From contig JBBTZT010000003.1 in the NCBI GenBank assembly GCA_038061225.1, forward strand, positions 184,515 to 248,514: a DNA stretch of 64,000 bases, written 5' to 3'. The notes beneath the pieces were generated by a model. The model was not told the DNA's origin. It searched no databases and saw only the letters and a list, made by a program, of their open reading frames with translations. Positions 11,527 to 22,130 of the stretch are shown here, piece by piece. The DNA is from Patescibacteria group bacterium (GTDB lineage Bacteria; Patescibacteriota; Microgenomatia; UBA8517). The position numbers and the translations under genes were made by a program. Every line of letters starts with the position of its first letter. Position 1 is the stretch's first letter.

Positions 11527-12615
11527 ATGGAAAAAGTTAGCTTATTGTCTTCCATGACAAGAGAAAATTTGCCAGAAAGAGTGGATCTGCAAAAAAAGGA
11601 TGGAGACCCAAGAAAAACTGCTTATTTTGTTAATACTCTTATGAATTATCACAGGGTAGTTCAGATTTGGAAAGACTTTGGAGCTTTAGAAAAAGTTACT
11701 TTTACAGACGATAAAAAGGCACAAAGTGATGTTGAGAAAGGGATTTCAGTCAAATTAAGAAAAGAAACTTGGGAAGAGAGAAGGCATATGGCGTCGGAGC
11801 ATTGCCTTACAGTTGAAGCAGGATGTAGAGTATTGGGTCAAGCCTTAGAAGAAAAAGGATTAATCGATGGTTTTGATCTAAAGATGTTAAGTAGCGCAGC
11901 TTTAATTCATGACGCAGGCAAGTTTTTGGAGTTCAATTTGGTGAGTATGGCTTTAATTGATAATCCTGACAAAGAAAAAATGTTAGATTTTATTAAATCT
12001 CAATATGGATTGTATTATTTAGATTCTGAAGCCCAAGAAGATATGAATAATGCCGTTGAGGAGATTATAAATTGTGGTCAATCTGGTACGCGAGGATTAA
12101 TAGCCTATGATCTAGCAAGTCGAATTAATGGTCGAAGGTTGATAACAGCAAGAGTAAATGAAGGTTTGGTGGAGATACAGGCACAAGTTGGCCATTCATC
12201 TTGTCCAGAAATGGAAAACTTATTAAATGAGTTTGAAGGAAAGATGGGACACGCTAGACAATTAGCTGTTGTCAAATTAGTTATACACTACGTAGATGAT
12301 ATTGTTACAAATCCAAATATAATTGATCCTGGGATTAGTGTTTTGCCGGACGGATCAAGACAAAATGCATTAGATAGACGTTGTGAACAAAATGAAAAAA
12401 ATGCTAAGTACAAAGATTATAATCTTGCTTGGCCAGAATATTCTAAAAGAGGTAATGGTGAGACAGCATTTCAAATGCAAAAGAGAGTTGGTAAAATGGT
12501 AGAAGCTAAATTGGCGGAACTACTAGGAATTGAGGATCCTCTTACTCTACCTGCTGTAATAAATCAGAGAATTGAAATGAATATACTTGACTTTACCTCT
12601 AAAAAGAACAGATAA
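11527..12615 (+). CDS. HD-superfamily phosphohydrolase domain protein.
   Basis: The spacing H(x)HCLTVEAGCRVL...LIHDAGKF matches the H...HD motif. The protein is charged and noticeably less AT-biased than its neighbours. Confidence 0.45.
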   Translation: MEKVSLLSSMTRENLPERVDLQKKDGDPRKTAYFVNTLMNYHRVVQIWKDFGALEKVTFTDDKKAQSDVEKGISVKLRKETWEERRHMASEHCLTVEAGCRVLGQALEEKGLIDGFDLKMLSSAALIHDAGKFLEFNLVSMALIDNPDKEKMLDFIKSQYGLYYLDSEAQEDMNNAVEEIINCGQSGTRGLIAYDLASRINGRRLITARVNEGLVEIQAQVGHSSCPEMENLLNEFEGKMGHARQLAVVKLVIHYVDDIVTNPNIIDPGISVLPDGSRQNALDRRCEQNEKNAKYKDYNLAWPEYSKRGNGETAFQMQKRVGKMVEAKLAELLGIEDPLTLPAVINQRIEMNILDFTSKKNR

Positions 12616-12628
12616 TACTTCTATTATT

Positions 12629-13072
12629 ATGTCCGTTAAGCAACTATCACAAAAGGATTTTGAAAAGAGTTTTGAGTATGCTCCAAGGGTTGCCTTAAAT
12701 ATTCTAGTTAAAAATAGTAAGGGTGAAATTTTATTAACCAAAAGGGCAATTGAACCAGAAAGGGGAAGTTGGCACTATCCTGGGGGGTTTATTTTAAAAG
12801 GTGAAACACTTAACAAATGTTTTGAGAGAATATCTTCTAAAGAATTAGGAGTTAAATTAGATTTCAAAAAAACAAAGTTACTCGGAGCTTTTGAAAATAT
12901 CGAAGGTGACGCAAGAGGGCATATTCTTGATTTGATTTATGAATATAAATTTAGTAAAAATATTATTCTTTCTTTAACTAAAGAAACATCTGAAATAAAG
13001 TTCTTTAAGAAACTTCCAACCAAAATTGGTTTTAGTCAAAGAAGTATTCTTAATAAATTGGGCTTCAAGTAA
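12629..13072 (+). CDS. NUDIX hydrolase (nucleotide-sugar pyrophosphatase-like).
   Basis: The Nudix box GGFILKGETLNKCFERISSKELGV fits Gx5Ex7REuxEExGu. The start is taken at the internal Met MSVKQ to avoid a 29-nt overlap; ATG 12587 is also possible. Confidence 0.65.
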   Translation: MSVKQLSQKDFEKSFEYAPRVALNILVKNSKGEILLTKRAIEPERGSWHYPGGFILKGETLNKCFERISSKELGVKLDFKKTKLLGAFENIEGDARGHILDLIYEYKFSKNIILSLTKETSEIKFFKKLPTKIGFSQRSILNKLGFK

Positions 13073-13087
13073 TTTTTTCTGCTATAA

Positions 13088-13765
13088 TTGCTTCAAATGG
13101 GTCACGGTCAACAAAGTTTTGATAAAAAATATTACAGACGATTTTTTGATAAATATACCAAGTCTGAATTTGATAAATATGTAAATTGGGCTTATGGATG
13201 GATTAAATTTTTAGATCGGTATGTGGATATTAAAAAAGGACAAGGGAGGACTCTCCTTGAATTAGGTTCATCACTTGGATACTTCTCAAGAGTTTTTAAA
13301 GATAGAGGATTTGATGTAACTGGAAGTGATATATCAAATTATATTGTTAAAAAAGCAGGATCTATTCAAAAAGATATTAAATTTATTAAATTAGATATTG
13401 AATCAAAATTAAATAATAGTAAAAAGTACGATTTTATCGTTGCCTTTGAGGTTTTAGAGCACTTGAAGGATCCTGAAAATGCTTTAAAGAATATAAAAAA
13501 AATGCTAAACAAAAATGGAGTTTTAATCTTTTCTACACCATATCCCACAAAAATAGCACTTGCAGATCCAACTCACATTAATGTCCACAAACCTTCATGG
13601 TGGAGAAGTATCGGTAAAAAAGCAGGTTTTATTAAAATGCAATTTATATACGCGACTTTTATACCATTTTTATATAGAATAAGTAAATATTTAAGTATTG
13701 GATTTCCTTTTAAGAGTGACATCCCTTACGTAAATAGTACAGTTTTTTTAATATTTAAAAAATGA
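13088..13765 (+). CDS. Class I SAM-dependent methyltransferase.
   Basis: LELGSSLGYFS is motif I, and DFIVAFEVLEHL is the motif II/III region. Confidence 0.6.
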   Translation: MLQMGHGQQSFDKKYYRRFFDKYTKSEFDKYVNWAYGWIKFLDRYVDIKKGQGRTLLELGSSLGYFSRVFKDRGFDVTGSDISNYIVKKAGSIQKDIKFIKLDIESKLNNSKKYDFIVAFEVLEHLKDPENALKNIKKMLNKNGVLIFSTPYPTKIALADPTHINVHKPSWWRSIGKKAGFIKMQFIYATFIPFLYRISKYLSIGFPFKSDIPYVNSTVFLIFKK

Positions 13766-16700
13766 AAAAAATATTTAGCAAAGATTGGTTTTGGTACGGA
13801 TCTTATATAATTATTGCTATCATTGGAATTTGGTTTTTAACAAAGCTTTGGGTTCCTGAAGGATTTGTTATTGCAGGTCATGACTCAGGACTTGCACTAA
13901 ATTCGGGTGAATTTTTAAAGACTAGGTTTTTTGCATGGGACGACAGAATTGATTTTGGCTCAGATAATTCTCCTCATTTTGGAAGCATAATCATGCATTC
14001 TTTCGATTATTTAATATCTTTACTTGCGGGTGTTCCTTATGCAGGTAGCCAGTTAGCAGTATTTCTTTGGATAACTGGAATCTTTATTTTTTCATTTATA
14101 TTTTCATACTCCTTAAAAGAAAAATTTGGAAAATATTTTGTTATGTTATTTCCTGTATTTTTAACTTTCAATTTTTTTATATTTCAATCAATTTTTATTT
14201 TAGAAAGAGCTAAATACGAATTAATTTTTTCTACTTTAATCTTTTTAACTTTAGCACTTAAAATTATTTTTGATAAAAGATCAAATGTCTTAAAATACTC
14301 AATAATATTTTCTTTTATGATTACGATTTTCAATGGAGGTGGTTGGTTTGGACTACCTCTTTACGGCGGATTATTCGTGATATCTTTAGTAATATTTCTA
14401 TTTACATTGGCAACTGGAATAAAAGAAAAAAAATACATTACTTTTAAGAATATATCGTTGTTTTATTTATTAAATCTAATATTTTTTGTTTTTTTGAATG
14501 CTTATTCAATATTTCCCTATTTTATTACTTTAATAAATTCAGACTATGCTAAAGTGATTAATCAAGGTACCATAAACGCTGGTAACGAATGGCTAAATTA
14601 TATTAGTCGCGGTAGCTCTTTTTTAAATCTTTTTAGAATGCAAGGGATTCCTGACTGGTATTTGACTGGTTATGGTGTTAACTCAGACCATGCATACGCT
14701 GGATTATATTTAACAAACATTAAATATGTTTTTATAAGTTTTTTGATACCAATACTTGCATTTTTGGGACTCTTGGTACCTTCCAGGGACAAAAAAGAAA
14801 AATATATTGTAATACTCTTTATTTTTTTGTTCTTAGTGTCTATGTTTTTTGTTTCAGGTACAAATTCTCCTCTTGGTTTTATATATGAATTTTTTTATAC
14901 AAGAATCCCCGGATTTAATATATTCCGTTCTCCATATTATAAATTTGCTCCTGCATATTTGATTGCTTTGAGCTTTTTACTTTCATACTCTTTATCAAAA
15001 ATTATTTTCTTAGTTGATAAAATTAAATTATTAAAGTTAATAGTATTTATTTTAATAATAATAGGATGGTTTTCGTACCACAAAATCATTTTTAACAGTA
15101 AGGACATCTTTACATGGCAACCAAATAAATCTACTCTTGTACAAATTCCTGAATATGTAAATGAATTTAATCGTTGGACAAAAGAAAGCGATATTAATGG
15201 AAGAATTTTAGTTGTCCCCTCATTTGATAAAACTTGGAGAGATGATTCATATAATTGGGGTTACTGGAGTTTGTCTCCTCTTCCATCTCTTCTTTTTAAA
15301 AATGCAAATTTTGTCGCCAATGATATAAATATTTATTCTGGAGAGGAGAATTGGATAAATGAGCTTTATTCGCTCATCGCCTCACGGGATATAAACAATT
15401 TTTTAAAAATTGCTAACCGTTTGGATGTTAAATATATGTTTCTAAAAGAAGACTATTTAACCACTTCTGATTTTGTTTCGATTGATTGGTTCTTTAAAGA
15501 CGACCATTTTACGCTTGTTAAAAAGTTTGGTCAGTGGTCTCTTTTTTCTATAAATGGTGTAGATAATTTAAATACGTTTAGACTTACAGAAAATGTTTTT
15601 TCAATTCCTAAAGAACAACAGTATCTAAAAAATCAGATACATAATGAAAATTACGATGATGGTTTATGGATAGATACAAAAAATGCAAATGATAATCTTA
15701 AAAAAATTGTTAAAAAGAAGTTTTACCCTCTTAATTGCGAATCTTGCCAGATTGAAAATCTTGGAAAACATGCTGAAATACCTGTGGTTAGAATTTTACC
15801 TAATTCACCTTTATATCAAGTAAAACAAAAAAGAAACAATCAAAATATTATCGATGCAAAAGATGATCAGGCAAAAATTGGAGTCTATTTGGGACTTATT
15901 ATGATTAAATTTAGTGAAGTAAGATCGATGTATGAGCTTAAAATAGAAAAACAGTTTATAAATAAAGGGTTAAATGACATCAATGAATATCTTCAGACAA
16001 TAACCGATATAATAACAAAAACTTCAGGGGACTCAACCAATTTTTATCTTGCGTCACGAATTTACGAAACGATTAATCCTTTGCAAAAGTTCTTTAGAGA
16101 TTATGTTAATAGTTCTGATTATAATTTTGAAAAATCATATATCAAAGATAATATTCTTAAGGTCTTGTGGCAAGGTGTTTCAATTAAAAAACTTTTTGAT
16201 CCAATAATAAAACAGGAAGATAGGTGGAATAATGAGAAATATTATAATTTAAGTCATCTTCCAAATTCAACATACAAACTATTAATAGATACCCAGACCT
16301 TGCCAGTAAATTCTTTAGGAGAAAAAATTAAACCAGATAGTATTAGTATGGATGAAAGTTCCCAAGAATTTAAGTTGGAGAATAGCTTGGATAGCAATAG
16401 ATTTTTGACTACTACTTTTGAGTCAATTAAAGACAACCTTGGGGTACATCTTAATTTTTCTAATCTACCAGATTTATTTCAGTTTAAAGGTGGTGAAGTA
16501 ATGGATCTTCCAGAAGGTATAAGGGGATGTGTAAGAGGAGAAATTAATAACTTTAATAATTCTCGTGTATACAGATTTAATATATCTTCAACTAAAGATA
16601 TAGATAATTTTAGGCTCTATATAAAAGAAAACAATAGTAAGATATTAGACAATGGATTTTTGCGAGGAGATGTTGAAATTGACATTACTGCAGGATTGGA

Positions 16701-17205
16701 TCAGAGGCCTTTTGAATATATATATGCACCCAACACAAACTCAAACAATCCACAAATATTTTTATGTAGGCGTGACGGATCAATCCCTCAAACTGCAAAA
16801 ATAACAGTAAAAGAGATATATTCACCTATTGTTTACGCCGTTAGTGACGTATCTGATATGAATAACGAAATTCTATCAGTGTCGTATGCAAAAGATAGTC
16901 CAACTCAGTATTCAATCAATATCGATAAACAGAGTAAAGATTTTGTTTTAGTTTACAACAGTCGCTTTAATGATCTTTGGGAACTTTACGATAAAGATAC
17001 TAAAAAAATAGTGACAAATCATTTTTTGGTAGACGGATATGCCAATGGGTGGATGATAAATAAAGGAAATTCTCGAAATTTACAGCTTGTTTATAAACCA
17101 CAAACGTGGTACGAAAAAGGTAGGATTATTTCTATAATTTCGGCATTATTACTTTTGCTAACTTTTGGTTATATAAATTATTTTAAAAAATATAAAAATG
17201 ATTAA
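13762..17205 (+). CDS. Giant membrane protein with a putative GT-C fold (AftD/DUF3367-like topology).
   Basis: 1147 aa. About 10 N-terminal TM helices, a roughly 650-aa hydrophilic domain and a C-terminal TM anchor (ISALLLLLTFGYINYF). Confidence 0.35.
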   Translation: MKKIFSKDWFWYGSYIIIAIIGIWFLTKLWVPEGFVIAGHDSGLALNSGEFLKTRFFAWDDRIDFGSDNSPHFGSIIMHSFDYLISLLAGVPYAGSQLAVFLWITGIFIFSFIFSYSLKEKFGKYFVMLFPVFLTFNFFIFQSIFILERAKYELIFSTLIFLTLALKIIFDKRSNVLKYSIIFSFMITIFNGGGWFGLPLYGGLFVISLVIFLFTLATGIKEKKYITFKNISLFYLLNLIFFVFLNAYSIFPYFITLINSDYAKVINQGTINAGNEWLNYISRGSSFLNLFRMQGIPDWYLTGYGVNSDHAYAGLYLTNIKYVFISFLIPILAFLGLLVPSRDKKEKYIVILFIFLFLVSMFFVSGTNSPLGFIYEFFYTRIPGFNIFRSPYYKFAPAYLIALSFLLSYSLSKIIFLVDKIKLLKLIVFILIIIGWFSYHKIIFNSKDIFTWQPNKSTLVQIPEYVNEFNRWTKESDINGRILVVPSFDKTWRDDSYNWGYWSLSPLPSLLFKNANFVANDINIYSGEENWINELYSLIASRDINNFLKIANRLDVKYMFLKEDYLTTSDFVSIDWFFKDDHFTLVKKFGQWSLFSINGVDNLNTFRLTENVFSIPKEQQYLKNQIHNENYDDGLWIDTKNANDNLKKIVKKKFYPLNCESCQIENLGKHAEIPVVRILPNSPLYQVKQKRNNQNIIDAKDDQAKIGVYLGLIMIKFSEVRSMYELKIEKQFINKGLNDINEYLQTITDIITKTSGDSTNFYLASRIYETINPLQKFFRDYVNSSDYNFEKSYIKDNILKVLWQGVSIKKLFDPIIKQEDRWNNEKYYNLSHLPNSTYKLLIDTQTLPVNSLGEKIKPDSISMDESSQEFKLENSLDSNRFLTTTFESIKDNLGVHLNFSNLPDLFQFKGGEVMDLPEGIRGCVRGEINNFNNSRVYRFNISSTKDIDNFRLYIKENNSKILDNGFLRGDVEIDITAGLDQRPFEYIYAPNTNSNNPQIFLCRRDGSIPQTAKITVKEIYSPIVYAVSDVSDMNNEILSVSYAKDSPTQYSINIDKQSKDFVLVYNSRFNDLWELYDKDTKKIVTNHFLVDGYANGWMINKGNSRNLQLVYKPQTWYEKGRIISIISALLLLLTFGYINYFKKYKND

Positions 17206-17557
17206 TAAATTTAATTTGCTTTTAGACAAATTTCTTATACAAGTTAGTGAAAGTGTGATGAAAAATAAATATAGAATAGTTGGCTATATTGTCTTGTCTA
17301 TTTTGATAGTTACTTTTTCGTTTTTACCATATCTAAATTTACTTTTTACTATTAATTTAATAGCATTTTTGCTACTAGCGTTGTTATTTGTTATTTTTAG
17401 AATAAATTGGAAGATTATAATTCACATATGCATGTTGCTATTTGTTGTGGCATTTTTCCTAACAATAACAGGTTTTACATCAACATCAATGATTTTGGGG
17501 GATTTTATATATGGATTTTTGGTTATTGTCGCAATTGAATATTTTATTTTAATATGA
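17198..17557 (+). CDS. Small integral membrane protein (hypothetical).
   Basis: 119 aa with 3-4 hydrophobic helices, wedged between two large membrane protein genes with overlapping stop/start. Confidence 0.3.
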   Translation: MINKFNLLLDKFLIQVSESVMKNKYRIVGYIVLSILIVTFSFLPYLNLLFTINLIAFLLLALLFVIFRINWKIIIHICMLLFVVAFFLTITGFTSTSMILGDFIYGFLVIVAIEYFILI

Positions 17558-17563
17558 AATATT

Positions 17564-20020
17564 ATGAAAAATAAACTAATATTTTTTTTAGGTCTTTTAA
17601 TTCCTGCAATTTTTGTCTATAAAACTGTTTTACTTTCTGGTCCACTTGCCTTTGCTGATGCCCCATATTTTTACCCTGAAGCTTTAAATATTTTTTTACA
17701 AAAACCTCTTGCTTGGTGGAATATAGGCAATGGACTTGGGGAAGTAAATTTACTTATCTGGATTTCACCTTTGATGTATCTATATAGTTACTTAGGAGCA
17801 AGATTTACATTTTATTTCCCTGCAATTATTTTTTCATTTTTAAGCCCAATTATCTTTACACGTTTTTTTAAATTTTCAAAAACTACACAATTCTTTTCAT
17901 CACTTGTATATGGTTTAAATACATACATAATTTTATTAATAGATGGGGGACAGGTTGGAGTAGCACTTGCCTACTCTTTTTTCCCTTTAGTTTTACTTTC
18001 TCTTTTAAAACTTACTAATAAATTAAATTATAGAAATTTTTTTAATAGTTTTCTTTTAGTTTTTGCACTAATTTTAATGGATCCTAGAATAGCAATTATT
18101 GCTTTTTTAACAATTTTATTTTGGAAACCAAAAAAAATATTTAGTCTAATGTTATTAGGATTGTCACTAATCCCTGTTAACATGTTTTGGCTATTATCTC
18201 TTTATAAAAACGGGGAGAATATTTTAAGTTTAGAAGTATCTTCATTAGAATTAACAAGTTTACTTAATTCTTTTTTCCTTTATCAACCTCACTGGCCAAG
18301 TAATATTTATGGACAAATTACAAATCCACCTTTTTATTTTGCATTAATTCCAATACTTATTTTTTTTGGGATTTTTTTTAATAAAGATAAAGATAGAAAG
18401 ATACTAAAAAAACTTGCTTTATTATTTTTAATCTTTGCCTTTTTAGCAAAAGGAGAAAACGACCCATTTGGATTTATTTATAAATTTATAATTAGTAAAA
18501 TTCCACTTGGATCCACCTTACGCGATTCCAGTAAATTTTTTATTCCTCTAATGCTTTTTGGGGGGGTGCTGATTGGAAACACAATAGATCAGTTAAAAAG
18601 TAAAGTGGTGCAAATTGTATGTTACATATTATTATTACTTTTAATTACTCCTGCACTTTTAGGAAAACTAAATTTTGTTCTCTCAAATAGAATTCAAAGT
18701 GATGATTATCGAAAAATATACAATAATTTGAAAGATGATTCCTCTAGCTATAAGACACTTTGGTTTCCTGAAAAACCTACATTAGGATTTAGTAGTACAA
18801 CCAATCCTGCCATTAATGCAAAGAGTTTGGTAGAATTAAGACCTTTTGCTTCCTTAAATGTAGGAAGTTCTGACTCTTTTAATTTTTTAAACCAGCCAGT
18901 ATCAGCTGAATGGTTAAAAATATTAGGTGTTAAATATATGTTTTTTCCAAAGGATACTAGAAAATTTATATTTTCAGAGGAAGAACAAGACGCGTGGCAA
19001 AGACTTCTTGATAATATTTCAGAAAACAAATCTTTCAAAAGAATTGATTGGAATACAGAGATGCCTGTTTTTGAAATTGTTGATTATAGACAAAAATCTT
19101 TTAAAGTTAATAAAATGTTAGCTGTTGTTGGTGGGGAAGATGTCTATGAAAAAGAAAAGATTGATCTAACTACTACAGCAACAATCTTTCTAGAAGATGG
19201 AAAGGTCAATTCAAATGATTTATTGCTATTAGACGACGGATCAATAGAACTTATATATAACGAAAAAGATAAAATAGATCTTAGATTTTCATTTTTACAA
19301 GATTACTTCTTAAATCAAAATGATATTGATAAAAATGATTGGGCTAAATATAATGAGAATCAATATTTACTTTGGAAGTACCAGCTTTTGATAAGAGGAA
19401 TTCAAACAAAAGAACACGATTATAAAAAGGGTATTCTTTTCTCTACTCAAAGTGATGAAAAGATTACCTATAACTTAAATATTAAAGATAATGGCAGATA
19501 TATAGTAGGAATTAGAGGAATGGGAGATGATAACAATAAGCTATTAATTGAGACAAAAGGATTTAAGCAAGAGCTAAGTCAGAAAAATGAAAGTTTTGCT
19601 TGGCAGTATCTAGAAGTTAATTTAGAAAAAGGGAAACAAAAATTAATTATTAACAATGAAAAGAGTATACAGATAATTAATACTATTGCTATTATTCCTA
19701 TTGACTTATGGAATCTGTCAGAACAAAAAACAATTGAATTTGAAAATAAATTCTCTGCTAAAAAAGGACAAATTGTAACCAATTGGCTTATTTATTCAGA
19801 AAATTATCACTCACAATTACAAATCGATTGTGATGGCAGAAAGATTATTCCTGTTGCTGCTTATTCTATGATAAATGGTTACTTGATAACAAATTGTCCT
19901 TATGTAAATAACCCTAGTTTTGTAGGACAAAAATACGTTGATCTTGGTATTAAGATAAGTCTTGTTTATTTTGTTATAATTTCACTGTGGGTAATATTTA
20001 TAACAAAGTTCTCTCGTTAG
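17564..20020 (+). CDS. Large membrane protein, second member with the same topology (putative GT-C / polymer-handling).
   Basis: 818 aa. An N-terminal polytopic domain, a large hydrophilic domain and a C-terminal TM (VYFVIISLWVIFI). Confidence 0.35.
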   Translation: MKNKLIFFLGLLIPAIFVYKTVLLSGPLAFADAPYFYPEALNIFLQKPLAWWNIGNGLGEVNLLIWISPLMYLYSYLGARFTFYFPAIIFSFLSPIIFTRFFKFSKTTQFFSSLVYGLNTYIILLIDGGQVGVALAYSFFPLVLLSLLKLTNKLNYRNFFNSFLLVFALILMDPRIAIIAFLTILFWKPKKIFSLMLLGLSLIPVNMFWLLSLYKNGENILSLEVSSLELTSLLNSFFLYQPHWPSNIYGQITNPPFYFALIPILIFFGIFFNKDKDRKILKKLALLFLIFAFLAKGENDPFGFIYKFIISKIPLGSTLRDSSKFFIPLMLFGGVLIGNTIDQLKSKVVQIVCYILLLLLITPALLGKLNFVLSNRIQSDDYRKIYNNLKDDSSSYKTLWFPEKPTLGFSSTTNPAINAKSLVELRPFASLNVGSSDSFNFLNQPVSAEWLKILGVKYMFFPKDTRKFIFSEEEQDAWQRLLDNISENKSFKRIDWNTEMPVFEIVDYRQKSFKVNKMLAVVGGEDVYEKEKIDLTTTATIFLEDGKVNSNDLLLLDDGSIELIYNEKDKIDLRFSFLQDYFLNQNDIDKNDWAKYNENQYLLWKYQLLIRGIQTKEHDYKKGILFSTQSDEKITYNLNIKDNGRYIVGIRGMGDDNNKLLIETKGFKQELSQKNESFAWQYLEVNLEKGKQKLIINNEKSIQIINTIAIIPIDLWNLSEQKTIEFENKFSAKKGQIVTNWLIYSENYHSQLQIDCDGRKIIPVAAYSMINGYLITNCPYVNNPSFVGQKYVDLGIKISLVYFVIISLWVIFITKFSR

Positions 20021-21264
20021 TAAAATCAACTACTGCAAAAGATACCTATATTCTTTTCGTTGGAAATATAATGTCAGCCTTTTTTGGATTTATTTTTATT
20101 TATATTTTGACACACAGATTAACAGTTGATGAGTTTGGTGTTTTTTCTGCAGCGGCCAACTTAATTGTAATTATTTCTTCATTTACTGATCTTGGTATTA
20201 CTACAGCAATGATAAACTTTGTTTCTCAAAAACTAGGAAATCATGATAATTATGGCGCGAACAGATATTTAAAAGCATCATTTATTATAAGATTTGTATC
20301 TGTTGCTATAGTTTCTACAATAGTTCTTTTAATTCCTAAATTTGTTGCAACTAATCTATTATCAACCTCAGACTTTACAGTTTCTTACTGGGTGGGATTA
20401 ATTTCAATTGGACTTACTGCTTGGTTGACTTTTCCTTATGCAATGATGGCTTATAAAAAATTTTGGCAATCTGTTGCTTTGGATTGGTCACTGGGGATTC
20501 CAAGAATTTTAATATTTTTGTCTCTTGCAAGTTTGTTACCAATAAATCTTAATTTGGCATTGATGTCTTACGGATTAAGTACTATTTTACCTATATTTTT
20601 TGGATTCAGTATTATTGGTCTTAAATTTTTGAAAGTAAAAGCTACTAAAAATGATTATCTTAGTTTAGTAAAATTTTCAGGTTGGTTGGGTGTTAATAGA
20701 ATTGTTTCATCGATTTCTGGAAGATTGGATATAACGATGCTTGCAAATTTAACAAATGCAGTTGTGGTTGGAGAATATTCAATCGCTTCAAGACTTTCAT
20801 CGTTTGTAATTGTATTATCTTCAAGTTTAGGTTCAGTATTATCAACACGTTTTTCAAGATTTAACGATAGAGAAAAAGAAAAGAGATACTTAATCAAATC
20901 AACACTGTTTACTATTCCAATAGTTTTTGGGGTGATACTATGGATTATAATTGCGAAGCCGTTTGTATTAATCTTATTTGGTCAAAAATATTTTGAGTCC
21001 ATTAAAATTCTTCAATATTTATTAATTTCAATAATACCGTTTATTCTTTCAACCCCTGCAGTAACTGCTATAGTTCATGCCATGAGAAAGCCAGTCTATA
21101 TTGGTGTATTTTCATTTGTTCAGGTATTAATGATTTTTCTTTTTAATTATTTTTTCATAAATTTATTTGATGGATTGGGACCAGCGGTTGCGTTTATATT
21201 ATCTAACACTGTTCTTGCAATTTATTCATTTGCTATTGTATGGAAATATTATTTTTCGATATGA
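19987..21264 (+). CDS. Polysaccharide biosynthesis protein / Wzx-like flippase (MOP superfamily).
   Basis: 12-14 TM helices. The N-terminal pattern, LVKSTTAKDTYILFVGNIMSAFFGFIFIYILTHRLTVDEFGVF, is typical of PST/Wzx flippases. Confidence 0.55.
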   Translation: MGNIYNKVLSLVKSTTAKDTYILFVGNIMSAFFGFIFIYILTHRLTVDEFGVFSAAANLIVIISSFTDLGITTAMINFVSQKLGNHDNYGANRYLKASFIIRFVSVAIVSTIVLLIPKFVATNLLSTSDFTVSYWVGLISIGLTAWLTFPYAMMAYKKFWQSVALDWSLGIPRILIFLSLASLLPINLNLALMSYGLSTILPIFFGFSIIGLKFLKVKATKNDYLSLVKFSGWLGVNRIVSSISGRLDITMLANLTNAVVVGEYSIASRLSSFVIVLSSSLGSVLSTRFSRFNDREKEKRYLIKSTLFTIPIVFGVILWIIIAKPFVLILFGQKYFESIKILQYLLISIIPFILSTPAVTAIVHAMRKPVYIGVFSFVQVLMIFLFNYFFINLFDGLGPAVAFILSNTVLAIYSFAIVWKYYFSI

Positions 21265-22130
21265 AAATTGTAGCACATGTTTTGTTAAAAAATGAATCTA
21301 GTTTTGTATGGTATTCAATTATGTCGGTTTTACCTTATGTCGATAGGATTAGAATTTGGGATATGGGAAGTACAGATGATACATTAAAAATAGTTGAAGA
21401 AATAAAAAAGACTAAATTGGCACAAAGCAAGGAATTTTTTGAAGTTAAACACTATAAGGAAGTTCAATTTAGTGAGAAAGAATCTCGTCAAAAGATGCTT
21501 GATGCTGAAAATAATGTCAAATCTGAAACAAATTGGTTTATTGTTTTGGATGCAGATGAAATTTGGTGGGATAGTTCAATCAAGTTGCTTACAGATACAA
21601 TAAAAAATGAAGGTGATAAATTGGAATCAATTGTTGTCCCGACAGTCAACATGATTGGCGACATGTTTCATTTTCAAGAAAAACAAGCGGGTAGATATCA
21701 TTTAGCTGGTAGAGTGGGGCATTACGCGCTTCGTGCTATAAATAGAAAAATTCCAGGTCTTCACGGTCAGGGAGAACATGGCGTCTTTACGTGGGCGGAC
21801 GAAAGTAATTTGAAAATTGAAAGTAGAGATAGAAAGAAAATTAAATATCTAGATGCACCATATATTCACACGACACACTTGAAGCGGTCAGACAATATCA
21901 ACGGTGACAAACAAGTGTATAAACGTGCTAAAAAGCTAAAATATGAAATAGGTATTGATGTACCTAAAAATTTTTACTATCCTGAAGTTTTTTTTAGAGA
22001 TAAACCAAGTTTTGTAAAATCACCGTGGGAAAAAATGTCTATAGTCTACGGACTAAAGTCGGCAGTAGTGACTCCATTGAAGAAATTTAGGCGAAGATAC
22101 TTAATGAAAGGAGTAAAACATGGGTATTGA
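21240..22130 (+). CDS. Glycosyltransferase-like protein (GT2-like / nucleotide-diphospho-sugar transferase fold).
   Basis: The N-terminus IVAHVLLKNE...VDRIRIWDMGSTDDT, and a FIVLDADE D-x-D-like motif. Confidence 0.35.
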   Translation: MEILFFDMKIVAHVLLKNESSFVWYSIMSVLPYVDRIRIWDMGSTDDTLKIVEEIKKTKLAQSKEFFEVKHYKEVQFSEKESRQKMLDAENNVKSETNWFIVLDADEIWWDSSIKLLTDTIKNEGDKLESIVVPTVNMIGDMFHFQEKQAGRYHLAGRVGHYALRAINRKIPGLHGQGEHGVFTWADESNLKIESRDRKKIKYLDAPYIHTTHLKRSDNINGDKQVYKRAKKLKYEIGIDVPKNFYYPEVFFRDKPSFVKSPWEKMSIVYGLKSAVVTPLKKFRRRYLMKGVKHGY

